Assembly (NCBI GenBank): GCA_035542635.1
Contig: DATKLC010000122.1
Coordinates: 1-44,438, forward strand
Length of the DNA: 44,438 nucleotides
Reading direction: 5' to 3'
Source: Candidatus Krumholzibacteriaceae bacterium
GTDB lineage: Archaea; Thermoproteota; Bathyarchaeia; Bathyarchaeales; SOJC01
Part shown: one piece after another, positions 1 to 8,275 of the stretch
Position numbering within the stretch: position 1 is the stretch's first letter
Layout: each line of letters begins with the position of its first letter
The notes under the pieces: model-generated
Databases searched by the model: none
Told to the model about the DNA's origin: nothing
What the model saw: the letters and a program-made list of their open reading frames with translations, nothing else
Translations under genes and position numbers: made by a program

Positions 1-2
1 CC

Positions 3-152
3 TATATAGCGCGAGACCGCAAGGCATTCAGTAAATTGTATGAGACCTTTTCCGAGCGAGTATTTAAGCCAGCAATGTTAGAACTGCCGAAGGTCCATGA
101 AGTTGAATTGAGAATCAGAAAAGGATTGGAAAACATACCGAGCCTCGGTTAA
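3..152 (+). CDS. C-terminal fragment of an unidentified protein (gene truncated by window start)
   Basis: The frame is open from the window edge to TAA at 150-152 (...KAFSKLYETFSERVFKPAMLELPKVHEVELRIRKGLENIPSLG*). A T6 tract follows at 153-158. No family recognised. Confidence 0.3.
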   Translation, partial: YIARDRKAFSKLYETFSERVFKPAMLELPKVHEVELRIRKGLENIPSLG

Positions 153-297
153 TTTTTTCTGAATTATGCTTCTTATATCTGTATACTATAAGTGATTCTT
201 TAGATCTGGCGTTAATGTATGCAGAGACTGAAGCTTGTATCAATTGTGTTAGCAAAAACTATCTAGATAGGGAGACGCGTGTGTGCACATAGACAAT

Positions 298-370
298 GAA
301 GCCTATTTGGAGTCTATTAGGAGGGTCTGGTCTGTTGTTGTGTGTGCGTTCACAGTGCTCAGAGCCTAAA
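298..370 (+). repeat. Degenerate tandem copy (A') of the dispersed intergenic repeat
   Basis: Shares the GAAGCCTA..TATTTGG head and the CAGAGCCTAAA tail with adjacent copy A. The middle is strongly diverged and T/G-rich. Confidence 0.35.
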
Positions 371-380
371 AAGTGACAAA

Positions 381-466
381 GAAGCCTAATCATATTTGGA
401 TCCTATTTGGATCATATAGTGAACGGGGTAGGGGGGAGCGCAGAGCAGATACACACAGAGCCTAAA
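381..466 (+). repeat. Dispersed intergenic repeat, copy A (three 11-bp units)
   Basis: CATATTTGGATC|CTATTTGGATC|ATATAGTGAAC|GGGGTAGGGGGGAGCGCAGAGCAGATACACACAG. Near-identical to the copies at 3019, 27607 and 42652, in the same orientation. Confidence 0.85.
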
Positions 467-484
467 CTGAGGACGGCAATAAGC

Positions 485-492
485 TTATATTA
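485..492 (+). promoter_or_regulatory. Putative TATA box for rps8e
   Basis: TTATATTA lies about 45 nt upstream of the TTG start at 534. The spacing is compatible with an archaeal TATA-to-TSS distance plus a short leader. Confidence 0.3.
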
Positions 493-533
493 GCATTTTC
501 TGTAGTGTGCATGACACATAGGATGGAATCACG

Positions 534-935
534 TTGTCTGTTTGGCACGGCGACCTGCACAAGAGAAAGCCCTCGGGCGGAAAAAAACGAATGTACCGCA
601 TGAAAAGACGCTTCGAACGCGGCGGCTTCCCAACCGAAACATTACTAGGAGAACCCAAACGCAAGATAATCCGAAGACACGGCGGAAACCTCAAAGTACG
701 CGTAGTCAAAGAAAAAAACGCCTGCGTCACAAACCCAGAAACGGGCAAAACCGAAAAAACAGAAATCAAACGCGTCGTACGCAACCCAGCTAACGTCGAC
801 TACAACCGCCGCGGAGTAATCACAAAAGGCACCATAATCGAAACAAACATAGGCCTGGCAAAAGTCACATCCCGCCCAGGACAACACGGCTTAATCAACG
901 CAGTTTTGATAAAGAAAGAAGCCGAAAACGCTTAG
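534..935 (+). CDS. rps8e: 30S ribosomal protein S8e
   Basis: WHGDLHKRKPSGGKK... at the N-terminus and the overall 133-aa basic protein match eS8. TTG start. Codon third positions are almost all A or C. Confidence 0.9.
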   Translation: MSVWHGDLHKRKPSGGKKRMYRMKRRFERGGFPTETLLGEPKRKIIRRHGGNLKVRVVKEKNACVTNPETGKTEKTEIKRVVRNPANVDYNRRGVITKGTIIETNIGLAKVTSRPGQHGLINAVLIKKEAENA

Positions 936-1282
936 CCAAGCTGCTGTGCGCGCTGCACGGCGAGTTCTTTAGCGATTTTTCGCATCATTTCCAGTTTAGA
1001 GCCTTTCTTGCTTATCAGTAGCATGCCCGTTTTCTGCCATGGCTGGGCTGGATAAGCAAGCTCTGGCCTGATTTCTGGCTGCAAACCTAATTTTTGGGCG
1101 GCTTTCATGATTTCCTCCAGCCTAGGCGCTTGCTGAGCTTGACTCTTTGGAATTTTTCTCCCCTCGCTTCGGGTTTTGCCTTGGTCGAAATAAGCAGGCC
1201 ATACGATGTATTTTTCTTGTTTACGCATAGGTTGTGCTATTCGCGGGCGTGATATTAAAGGACTTGTGTGAGTAAGTTTCAT
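932..1282 (-). CDS. srp19: Signal recognition particle protein SRP19
   Basis: The IVWPAYFDQGKTRSEGRKIPK motif is typical of SRP19. Its stop codon overlaps the rps8e stop codon (TTAG at 932-935). Confidence 0.85.
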   Translation of the reverse strand: MKLTHTSPLISRPRIAQPMRKQEKYIVWPAYFDQGKTRSEGRKIPKSQAQQAPRLEEIMKAAQKLGLQPEIRPELAYPAQPWQKTGMLLISKKGSKLEMMRKIAKELAVQRAQQLG

Positions 1283-1319
1283 ATCTTTCGAGCGTGAGTT
1301 AAGAGTTTGGTGAAGTCAT

Positions 1320-1493
1320 TTGGTCAGAGGCTTCTGCGCCAAGTGCGGACGCGAGGTGGGAACTTTTCTGAAGCCAACGGCTTGGCAGTGTCCACGCTGT
1401 CAGAAAGTGTATTGCCAAGCGTGCTGTCCCAAAGTGGGCGTGATGTTTAAGAAGCCCGCGTGTCCCGACTGTGGAATCGAACTGCGGAAGTGA
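1320..1493 (+). CDS. Small zinc-ribbon protein (57 aa, below the ORF-track cutoff)
   Basis: TTG start 8 nt after GGTGA. Translation: MVRGFCAKCGREVGTFLKPTAWQCPRCQKVYCQACCPKVGVMFKKPACPDCGIELRK*, containing four CxxC pairs. It ends 7 nt before the next gene. Confidence 0.5.
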   Translation: MVRGFCAKCGREVGTFLKPTAWQCPRCQKVYCQACCPKVGVMFKKPACPDCGIELRK

Positions 1494-1500
1494 AGATGAA

Positions 1501-1929
1501 ATGCCCATTCTAAAGCCCGGCGAAGAAGTGCTGGCGGGTGAGAACACAAAATTTTACGACACACATGGTTACTTGACGCTCACGAATAGGCGGTTGATTT
1601 TTGAGCATAAACCGCGTGGACTGGAGCAAAAACCTCATACATCAGTGGACATGCAATTGGAGGGTATTTCAGACGTTATGGTTGAAGGCATCCGCAAGAA
1701 GCTTGTCATCATCGCAAAGCCGGGGTCTTTTGGAAAGGATGCCACAGGGCGATTAGAGTTTAGCGTGCGTGACCCGTATTCGTGGCAGAATCGTCTCGTG
1801 GCTTTGAGGAAGAGCATTCCCGACACGCAAACTATGCAGAGCACGGGCTGGGTTTGTCCCACATGCGCCACTTTGAACGCTTCAGATTTACCCAAATGCA
1901 ATCGTTGCGGGTTACCCAAGCCAAGGTAG
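1501..1929 (+). CDS. PH/GRAM-like (bPH-type) domain protein with C-terminal RanBP2/NZF-type zinc finger
   Basis: GYLTLTNRRLIFEHKP resembles the GRAM/bacterial-PH signature. The C-terminus WVCPTCATLNASDLPKCNRC fits W-x-C-x2-C-x3-N-x6-C-x2-C exactly. I prefer ATG 1501 to the track start 1471, which overlaps the upstream zinc-ribbon ORF. Confidence 0.6.
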   Translation: MPILKPGEEVLAGENTKFYDTHGYLTLTNRRLIFEHKPRGLEQKPHTSVDMQLEGISDVMVEGIRKKLVIIAKPGSFGKDATGRLEFSVRDPYSWQNRLVALRKSIPDTQTMQSTGWVCPTCATLNASDLPKCNRCGLPKPR

Positions 1930-2598
1930 ATGCGCTTGACGAACCCTGAAGAACTAGCCGAACAAGGACGTTTTCTCGAAGCTGCCAAGGCTTACCGTGA
2001 AAAGGCTTTACGTGAGAAGGACGTGCACAAACGAAGGCGATTTTTGAATTTTGCTGGACGTTATTATGAGTCTGCAGAGGAATTTTCGCTCTCCGCCAAG
2101 TCTTTTTTGGAGTCGGGCGATGTAGACAGGGCGCTTGAATCGTCAGTTAAATCTGGAAATCCAAAAGTTCTCTCAAACGCTCTCACCGAAACTGAACACA
2201 AACAGGAAGAGACGGTTGAGTTACTGCTGAAATGTGCCTTGCAACTTGTTGAGCAGAAGGAGTTTGTTAAGGCAAGGACGTTTGCCAAAGAAGCCTTGGA
2301 GATTAACCGTTCACGGTTGACCGAGGCGATGATTAGCATGATTGACGGTGTCTTAGAGGGCAAATCAGCGAAGGTAGCTTCAAGTGTCAAAGCTACGCAG
2401 TTTTTAGGCGAAGACGACTCTTTGGCTCGTGAGATTAATTTTGTGGCCAACAAGTTTTTGGCGAACATGCCCAAAATCGAAAGTGAGGCTAAAGAACCTC
2501 CTATACAGTGTCCGGAGTGTGGGGCGCCGTTGCCGCTTAAGAGGAAGGGCAAATTTATCGAGTGTGAGTATTGCGGTTTTCCAGTACGGCTTGATTAG
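1930..2598 (+). CDS. Helical (TPR-like) protein with C-terminal zinc ribbon
   Basis: An alpha-helical repeat-like body (EELAEQGRFLEAAKAYREKAL...) ends in CPECGAPLPLKRKGKFIECEYCG. The ATG directly follows the upstream stop codon. Confidence 0.55.
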   Translation: MRLTNPEELAEQGRFLEAAKAYREKALREKDVHKRRRFLNFAGRYYESAEEFSLSAKSFLESGDVDRALESSVKSGNPKVLSNALTETEHKQEETVELLLKCALQLVEQKEFVKARTFAKEALEINRSRLTEAMISMIDGVLEGKSAKVASSVKATQFLGEDDSLAREINFVANKFLANMPKIESEAKEPPIQCPECGAPLPLKRKGKFIECEYCGFPVRLD

Positions 2599-2601
2599 CG
2601 T

Positions 2602-2916
2602 TTAGCGTCCGATCAGGAAGCCTAGAATCAGTCCTATGGTCATCGGCAGTAAGACGGTTAAGCCCAGGAATAGCACGATTGTGCTGACTATGGTTATGAA
2701 TTGGGATTGGGATACACCTAACTCCTGCAGCACCGTGTTGCTCAGAGCTACGAATTGAGTGAAATTCAACGCTACGCCGATGAAACCCATCACTATGAGC
2801 CCGAGCAACGCCTTCACGAATTTGCCCAAAAAATAGCCGAAACCAAAGCCCAATGCAAACTCTACAATTATGGTAATGTACGTCGCCGTGCCAAAAAAAG
2901 CAGTAATATCAACCAT
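2602..2916 (-). CDS. Small integral membrane protein (3 predicted TM segments), unknown family
   Basis: 104-aa hydrophobic ORF with G/I/L/F-rich helices. No competing ORF. Confidence 0.5.
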   Translation of the reverse strand: MVDITAFFGTATYITIIVEFALGFGFGYFLGKFVKALLGLIVMGFIGVALNFTQFVALSNTVLQELGVSQSQFITIVSTIVLFLGLTVLLPMTIGLILGFLIGR

Positions 2917-3018
2917 AATAAACCCCTAGTCATATCACCACTGAAGCACTATTTAAACCAATGACGAAAATAACTATTCAATTCATCGCATCAACTCTTA
3001 TTCCAGTAGAACTGCTAG

Positions 3019-3106
3019 TTCTCTGTTCATATTTGGGTCATATTTGGGTCCTAATAGTATCATATAGTGAACGGGGTCTAGAGAGGCGCAGAGCAGATAC
3101 TCACAG
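3019..3106 (+). repeat. Dispersed intergenic repeat, copy B (four 11-bp units)
   Basis: TTCTCTGTT CATATTTGGGTC|ATATTTGGGTC|CTAATAGTATC|ATATAGTGAAC|GGGGTCTAGAGAGGCGCAGAGCAGATACTCACAG. Confidence 0.85.
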
Positions 3107-3179
3107 CGTTTAATCGAAAACAAAGGCAAACCTTACAAACACATCAGCACAAAACACATGCCAAAAAAGGCGACTGTTT

Positions 3180-4292
3180 ATGCTGCAGCAAGGCTCAACA
3201 CTCGTAACAGTAGGTACAAGACCCGAAATCATCAAAATGGCACCCATAATAAGAGCCCTGCAACATAATGGCGTTCCTTTCACTTTTCTCCACTGCGGAC
3301 AACACTATGACTATAACATGAGCCAACAATTCATCGAACAACTCAACCTGCCCACACCAGACATAAACCACAAAATCACCGCCCTCCAGCCAGCACAACA
3401 AACAGCCCAGATAATAACAAAAACCGCACGGGCAATCAGTGAAACCAAGCCTGCTTTGTTACTGGCAGAAGGTGACACAAACAGCACACTTGCCACGGCG
3501 TTGGCGGCTAACAAACAAAAAACCAACGTAGGCCACGTAGAAGCAGGATTACGCAGCTTCGACCTAAGAATGCCAGAAGAACACAACAGACGCATCGTTG
3601 ACCACCTAAGCACACTATTATTCGCGCCAACCCTGCATTCGCAGCTCAATCTGGAAAGTGAAAAAGTCTGGGGTACAATATACACAACGGGCAACACCAT
3701 CATCGACGCCATAAAACAGCACCTACCAATCGCACAAAAAGAATCCACAATAATACAAACCATAAAATCCCAAGAATATGCACTCGCCACAGCGCACAGA
3801 CAAGAAAACGTCGACAACCCCCAAACGCTCAAAGCGCTCGTAGAAGCCTTCGCAGAAGCACCAATACCCATAATTTACCCCGTGCACCCACGCGCAAAGA
3901 AAAAACTCAAACAAACCAAACTCTGGCAAAAACTCGCCAAATCAAAAAACATCCAGCTTCTTCCGCCTATAGGCTATTTTGACTTTCTCGTGCTCATGAA
4001 GCACTCCAAGCTAATAATCACAGACAGCGGCGGAATACAAGAAGAAGCCACCGCGCCAGAAATAAGAAAACCCGTACTCGTAACAAGACTTTCTACAGAA
4101 CGCCAAGAAGCCGTTGAAACAGGCTTTGCAAAAATCGTCGGCACAGAAAAAACCACAATACTCAACGCAATAAACCAAACACTAAACACTCACAGACAGC
4201 TTCCACAACGCTCACCCTACGGCGAAGGTGACGCTGCAGAAAAAATAGTCAACATAATCAAACAAACACCAAACAACATCAAAATATGGTAG
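3180..4292 (+). CDS. wecB: UDP-N-acetylglucosamine 2-epimerase (non-hydrolysing)
   Basis: VGTRPEIIKMAPI, GDTNSTLA, VEAGLRSFD..MPEEHNR and ITDSGGIQEEA motifs match the WecB/MnaA family. Confidence 0.85.
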   Translation: MLQQGSTLVTVGTRPEIIKMAPIIRALQHNGVPFTFLHCGQHYDYNMSQQFIEQLNLPTPDINHKITALQPAQQTAQIITKTARAISETKPALLLAEGDTNSTLATALAANKQKTNVGHVEAGLRSFDLRMPEEHNRRIVDHLSTLLFAPTLHSQLNLESEKVWGTIYTTGNTIIDAIKQHLPIAQKESTIIQTIKSQEYALATAHRQENVDNPQTLKALVEAFAEAPIPIIYPVHPRAKKKLKQTKLWQKLAKSKNIQLLPPIGYFDFLVLMKHSKLIITDSGGIQEEATAPEIRKPVLVTRLSTERQEAVETGFAKIVGTEKTTILNAINQTLNTHRQLPQRSPYGEGDAAEKIVNIIKQTPNNIKIW

Positions 4293-4372
4293 AAACATTC
4301 AACATAATCAAAGCATGACACCTTCTTTTCTCAAAAAATGAAAAACGTTTTAGACCAGCAAACGTTTCTACG

Positions 4373-5668
4373 TTGACAAAAGAAGGAGAGAAAAAACTCA
4401 CGCAGAAAAAGCCCTCCAAAAGCTTATTCCTTAACCTCAGCCTCTTCCAATTCCTCTCCTTCCTACGCAGAGGCGTATTCTACACTTTCATGATAAACTA
4501 CCTCTTCACCCTAATGCAAACAGTAACCTCCACAGCCTTACTCGGCACATTGAACATGGTAGCTTCCGCATTAGGTCAAAACTTACTCTGGGGCAAAATC
4601 GCCGATCGCCACAAACTCAGAACAAGGCTAATAATCACGGGCGAAACCATAGCCGCAGTGACATACTTCATTGTCTACCAAATACACAAATCACTACTAA
4701 ACATACAAGCAAACTTCGCCGCAGGCCTGGCAATCATATTCGGACTTTCAGTCCTCGAATTCTTTTGGTCCATGTCGGATGTTGGTTGGGCAGCATTATT
4801 GACAGACGTTACAACGAACAAGTCACGCGGAAGAATCGTCGGCTTACTAAACTTCATCGCCTCGCTGGGCAGAACACTGGGAATATTGTTCGCTGGCTTT
4901 CTCTACCTCAACGGAGAAGGTTTCCGCCAAGGAACCATATTCTACATAGTAACCACCATGCTCTTCACGAGCGCAACCATAATGTGGATGACCTCAAGAT
5001 TCGTAAAGACACCGAACAAAGACACACCCAAGCCAATCGAAATAAGCTTCAACGAAGAAACAAGCACAAGCTACAACAAACAAACCTACAAATGGTTCCT
5101 AATCAGCCTAATAATGATAATAATCGGCGCCACATGCGTCAACCAAGTTTTCCTCCTATTCCTAAAACTCCCCAACGGTTTAAACGCCAGCGACCCCGAC
5201 ATGAGCTTCGTCCTAACCGCCTGGACACTCGCAGGGATGTTAACCTGCCTCCTCTGCGGATGGCTCACCGATAGATTTGGCCGCGTCAAAATCCTCTTCA
5301 CGGGACTAATCTTGGCAATTATAACCCCGCCACTGTATGGCTTAACTCTTAATGTCTGGACAATGGCGCTATTCTATGGAATAAACGGCATATCCTTCTG
5401 GATAATCCAGACTGCGGGATTCACTTTCGCAGGCGACATAATCCCTGAACAAGAAAGAGGCCGCTTGTTCAGTAGGTACAACGCTGTGATGGCATTAAGC
5501 TGGGGTCCAGCAGGACTCTTGGTGGGCGGACCACTCGCAGACTTCCAAACCAGCGGGGGATTAAATGCCTACACAGCGTATGTCAACGTTTTCTATGCCT
5601 CATCAATCATAGTTGCATTGGGCACGGTGCTGTTTGCGTTAAAAGTCGTAAAAACAAAAATTTCCTAA
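4373..5668 (+). CDS. MFS transporter
   Basis: 431 aa with about 12 TM segments and an MFS-type loop (GKIADRHKLRTR). TTG start. Confidence 0.75.
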   Translation: MTKEGEKKLTQKKPSKSLFLNLSLFQFLSFLRRGVFYTFMINYLFTLMQTVTSTALLGTLNMVASALGQNLLWGKIADRHKLRTRLIITGETIAAVTYFIVYQIHKSLLNIQANFAAGLAIIFGLSVLEFFWSMSDVGWAALLTDVTTNKSRGRIVGLLNFIASLGRTLGILFAGFLYLNGEGFRQGTIFYIVTTMLFTSATIMWMTSRFVKTPNKDTPKPIEISFNEETSTSYNKQTYKWFLISLIMIIIGATCVNQVFLLFLKLPNGLNASDPDMSFVLTAWTLAGMLTCLLCGWLTDRFGRVKILFTGLILAIITPPLYGLTLNVWTMALFYGINGISFWIIQTAGFTFAGDIIPEQERGRLFSRYNAVMALSWGPAGLLVGGPLADFQTSGGLNAYTAYVNVFYASSIIVALGTVLFALKVVKTKIS

Positions 5669-5759
5669 ATTTCTCACACATCATTCTCTTAAGCGTCAAA
5701 ACAATATCCTTATCTAACCATTTTTCAAAAGCCTACTACTTAATGAGGTACTCCGCAAA

Positions 5760-6290
5760 TTGGCTCCAAGAAAGAAAATCTGGATTACAAGGGATTATAT
5801 GAAATGCAGCGGGTGCAGAAAATGCGAAATCGCCTGTTCACTTTATCATGAGGACAAAATCTGGCCCGAGGCGTCGCGTGTTCGTGTGTTTATGTCGGTG
5901 CCTGGTGCCGAAGTGCCACACTTGTGCGTGCAGTGTGACGATTATCCATGCGTCGAATCGTGTCCGTTTAAGGCGTTGTCAGTTAGTGAAAAGACCGGCG
6001 CGGTTCTTGTGGATGAAACCAAATGCACAGGATGTGGCATCTGCATAGACGCATGCCCAGGGAAAATTCCGCACCTGCATCCAAGCAGGAAACGCATACT
6101 CATCTGTGACCTTTGTGACGGAAAGCCCGAATGTGTCAAGATATGCCAAGAAGGAAAATGGAACGCTCTAGGCATAGTAAAGCGTAGAGGTTCAGCCGCG
6201 TCGATGAAGGCTTATGCTCGCACACCCGAAGAAATCACCCGCGAATTAGTAGTCAACTTGTACGGCGAAAAAGGAGAGGAACTGCTCTAA
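5760..6290 (+). CDS. 4Fe-4S ferredoxin-domain protein (AOR-associated)
   Basis: Four Cys clusters: CSGCRKCEIAC, CVQCDDYPCVESCP, CTGCGICIDACP, CDLCDGKPECVKIC. GAGGT lies about 10 nt upstream of the TTG start. The stop codon overlaps the aor start (TAATG). Confidence 0.8.
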   Translation: MAPRKKIWITRDYMKCSGCRKCEIACSLYHEDKIWPEASRVRVFMSVPGAEVPHLCVQCDDYPCVESCPFKALSVSEKTGAVLVDETKCTGCGICIDACPGKIPHLHPSRKRILICDLCDGKPECVKICQEGKWNALGIVKRRGSAASMKAYARTPEEITRELVVNLYGEKGEELL

Positions 6291-8161
6291 TGCGAGGTTA
6301 CGCAGGCAAATTTTTAGAAATCGACCTATCGACAGAAAAAATCAAAGAAGTCACTTTCAGTGAAAGCATTCTCCAAGATTACTTTGGCGGCAGAGGCTTG
6401 GCCGTGAAGATTCTTTGGGACAGACTCGGCAAAAAATGGGAAGTAATCGACCCACTTGGACCAGAAAATGTACTGTTTATCTTAACTGGTCCTTTGACAG
6501 GCTTTTTCCCAGGTGGCCGAGTGTGTGTTTCGGGCAAGTCGCCTCAGAGTAACGGGATGATTGGTTCAACCCTTGCAGGCGAGTTTGGAATAGAACTAAA
6601 GTGCGCCGGTTATGATGGCTTAATCATCACTGGAAAGGCTGCTAAACCGTGCTACATTAGTATAATCGACAGCGAAGTTACGGTAAAAGACGCCTCGCAT
6701 ATATGGGGCAAGGATGGAAAAGAAACAGTCAAGATTCTCACTAAAGAAACCAGTCAGTTGGTTCGAAACAAATATCCACGGTACGGCTTGTTAAAAGAAC
6801 CCTCCATTCTGTACATTGGACCAGCAGGCGAGAACAAAGCGAGAGTTGCCGTTGTTATGACCAAGTGGTCGCATGCGGCTGGCTATGGAGGGTATGGCGG
6901 AGTGATGGGCAGTAAAAACCTCAAAGCCATCGTGGCGAAAGGCACTGGTCCATTGCCAAAAGTGGAGAACCACGAAAGAGTAAAAGAACTCATCATTAAG
7001 GCTTGTAAAGAATGTTTTAAGGCTGAATTGTGGCGGAGATGGGGCACGGGCGGCGGTGGCTACAGCTTTGCTGCGATATCAAGCTCCGAGCCTGTGCGCA
7101 ACTGGCAGGAAGAATGGCACGATAAGAAGAGCTATGCAGTGGACAAGTTTGAGCAGCGACTTTGGATAAAACAGTACTGGGGCGACTTTGGCTGCCCAAC
7201 GACGTGTCTTAAACTCGCCATGACTAAAACTGGTCCGTTCAAAGGTGCGATCACTGACAATCCAGATTACGAGATGCAGGCATTCCTAGGACCAAACTTG
7301 GGGATTTTCGTTCCCGAAGAAAACGTTTACTTGTCATCGTTGATTGACGATTTAGGCTTGTGCGGCATACAAGGTGGCAGTGTTATGGGATTTGCCGCTG
7401 AGCTTTACCAGAGAGGAATCTTAACCAAGGATGACTTGGGCGGTATTGACCTCAAATGGGGAAACACCAAAGCTTTTGCCGAACTTGCACGAAAAATCGC
7501 CACTCGTGATGGAATCGGTGATGTTTTAGCCGAAGGCGCCTATCGTGCGGCGCTTAAATTGGGCAAAATGAAGAGTGTTGACCTACTGCCCTACGTGGTG
7601 TATGAGAAGGGCGTAAGCATCGGTGCTCATGGTATTAGAAGCGGCAAAGACTTTAGCAGTAACATCTCCTATGCGTGTTCTGTGCAAGCAGGTGATCATA
7701 CGTCGATGGCTGGTTTGCCCGCAGACAGCTCAGGTGAAATTACCGATGTGCTTCATGATTCGGGAGTTTACTGTTCTTTCAACACTTTTGCCCTTGAGGA
7801 GGATTTGATTTTCGAATTCGTAGAGGCGGTTACGGGTTGGAAGATTACGCGTGAAGAATGGTACAAAAGCAAAGGCTTAAGAATTCTGCAAATCCAGCGT
7901 GCCATGCTTCTTCTCGGAGGGATGGATGCCAAATGGAACCCTGAAAAAGACGATGAAAATCCACCAAGATTCTATGAGCCTTTACCCACAGGACCATATG
8001 CGGGAAAAACAACGAACAGAAAAACGTTCGAAAACTCCAAACAAGAATATTATGAGGCCGTGGGCTGGGACAAGCGAGGAATACCGCGGCCAGAAATGCT
8101 TAGAAGACTCGGACTTCAAGATGTCGAAGAAAAACTGAGGGCAGTCAACATCATCACTTAG
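6290..8161 (+). CDS. aor: Aldehyde:ferredoxin oxidoreductase family (tungstopterin) protein
   Basis: The N-terminus MRGYAGKFLEIDLSTEKIKE...GGRGLAVKILWD and the 623-aa length are typical of the AOR family. Confidence 0.85.
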   Translation: MRGYAGKFLEIDLSTEKIKEVTFSESILQDYFGGRGLAVKILWDRLGKKWEVIDPLGPENVLFILTGPLTGFFPGGRVCVSGKSPQSNGMIGSTLAGEFGIELKCAGYDGLIITGKAAKPCYISIIDSEVTVKDASHIWGKDGKETVKILTKETSQLVRNKYPRYGLLKEPSILYIGPAGENKARVAVVMTKWSHAAGYGGYGGVMGSKNLKAIVAKGTGPLPKVENHERVKELIIKACKECFKAELWRRWGTGGGGYSFAAISSSEPVRNWQEEWHDKKSYAVDKFEQRLWIKQYWGDFGCPTTCLKLAMTKTGPFKGAITDNPDYEMQAFLGPNLGIFVPEENVYLSSLIDDLGLCGIQGGSVMGFAAELYQRGILTKDDLGGIDLKWGNTKAFAELARKIATRDGIGDVLAEGAYRAALKLGKMKSVDLLPYVVYEKGVSIGAHGIRSGKDFSSNISYACSVQAGDHTSMAGLPADSSGEITDVLHDSGVYCSFNTFALEEDLIFEFVEAVTGWKITREEWYKSKGLRILQIQRAMLLLGGMDAKWNPEKDDENPPRFYEPLPTGPYAGKTTNRKTFENSKQEYYEAVGWDKRGIPRPEMLRRLGLQDVEEKLRAVNIIT

Positions 8162-8170
8162 TCTTCAAAA

Positions 8171-8196
8171 TTTTTTGAAAAAAGTCTCTATTTTTT
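8171..8196 (+). terminator. Oligo-T tracts downstream of aor (putative archaeal terminator)
   Basis: T6 at 8171-8176 and T6 at 8191-8196, within 35 nt of the aor stop codon. Confidence 0.35.
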
Positions 8197-8225
8197 CTTT
8201 GATTTGGTTAATCAACACAAAAAAG

Positions 8226-8233
8226 CATATAAG
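8226..8233 (+). promoter_or_regulatory. Putative BRE/TATA promoter of the ribosomal-protein cluster
   Basis: A purine-rich AAAAAA tract is followed by CATATAAG about 45 nt upstream of the GTG start at 8276. GGTGA sits at 8263-8267. Confidence 0.4.
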
Positions 8234-8275
8234 TCGCTCTACTTCAGTTGTTTTGCGCAAATGGTGAAATGAACC

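Noticed and set aside
1299-1547. 82-aa minus-strand ORF between srp19 and the PH-like gene.
   Set aside because: It is antisense to the Cys-rich 57-aa zinc-ribbon ORF, which has an RBS and is translationally adjacent to the next gene. The minus-strand product has no recognisable features.
4765-5274. 169-aa R/N/Q/H-rich alternative-frame ORF inside the MFS gene. There are similar alternate-frame ORFs at 542-793 and 28079-28501.
   Set aside because: These are by-products of the extreme A+C-rich composition, which yields few stop codons. The overlapping MFS and S8e frames have clear family features.
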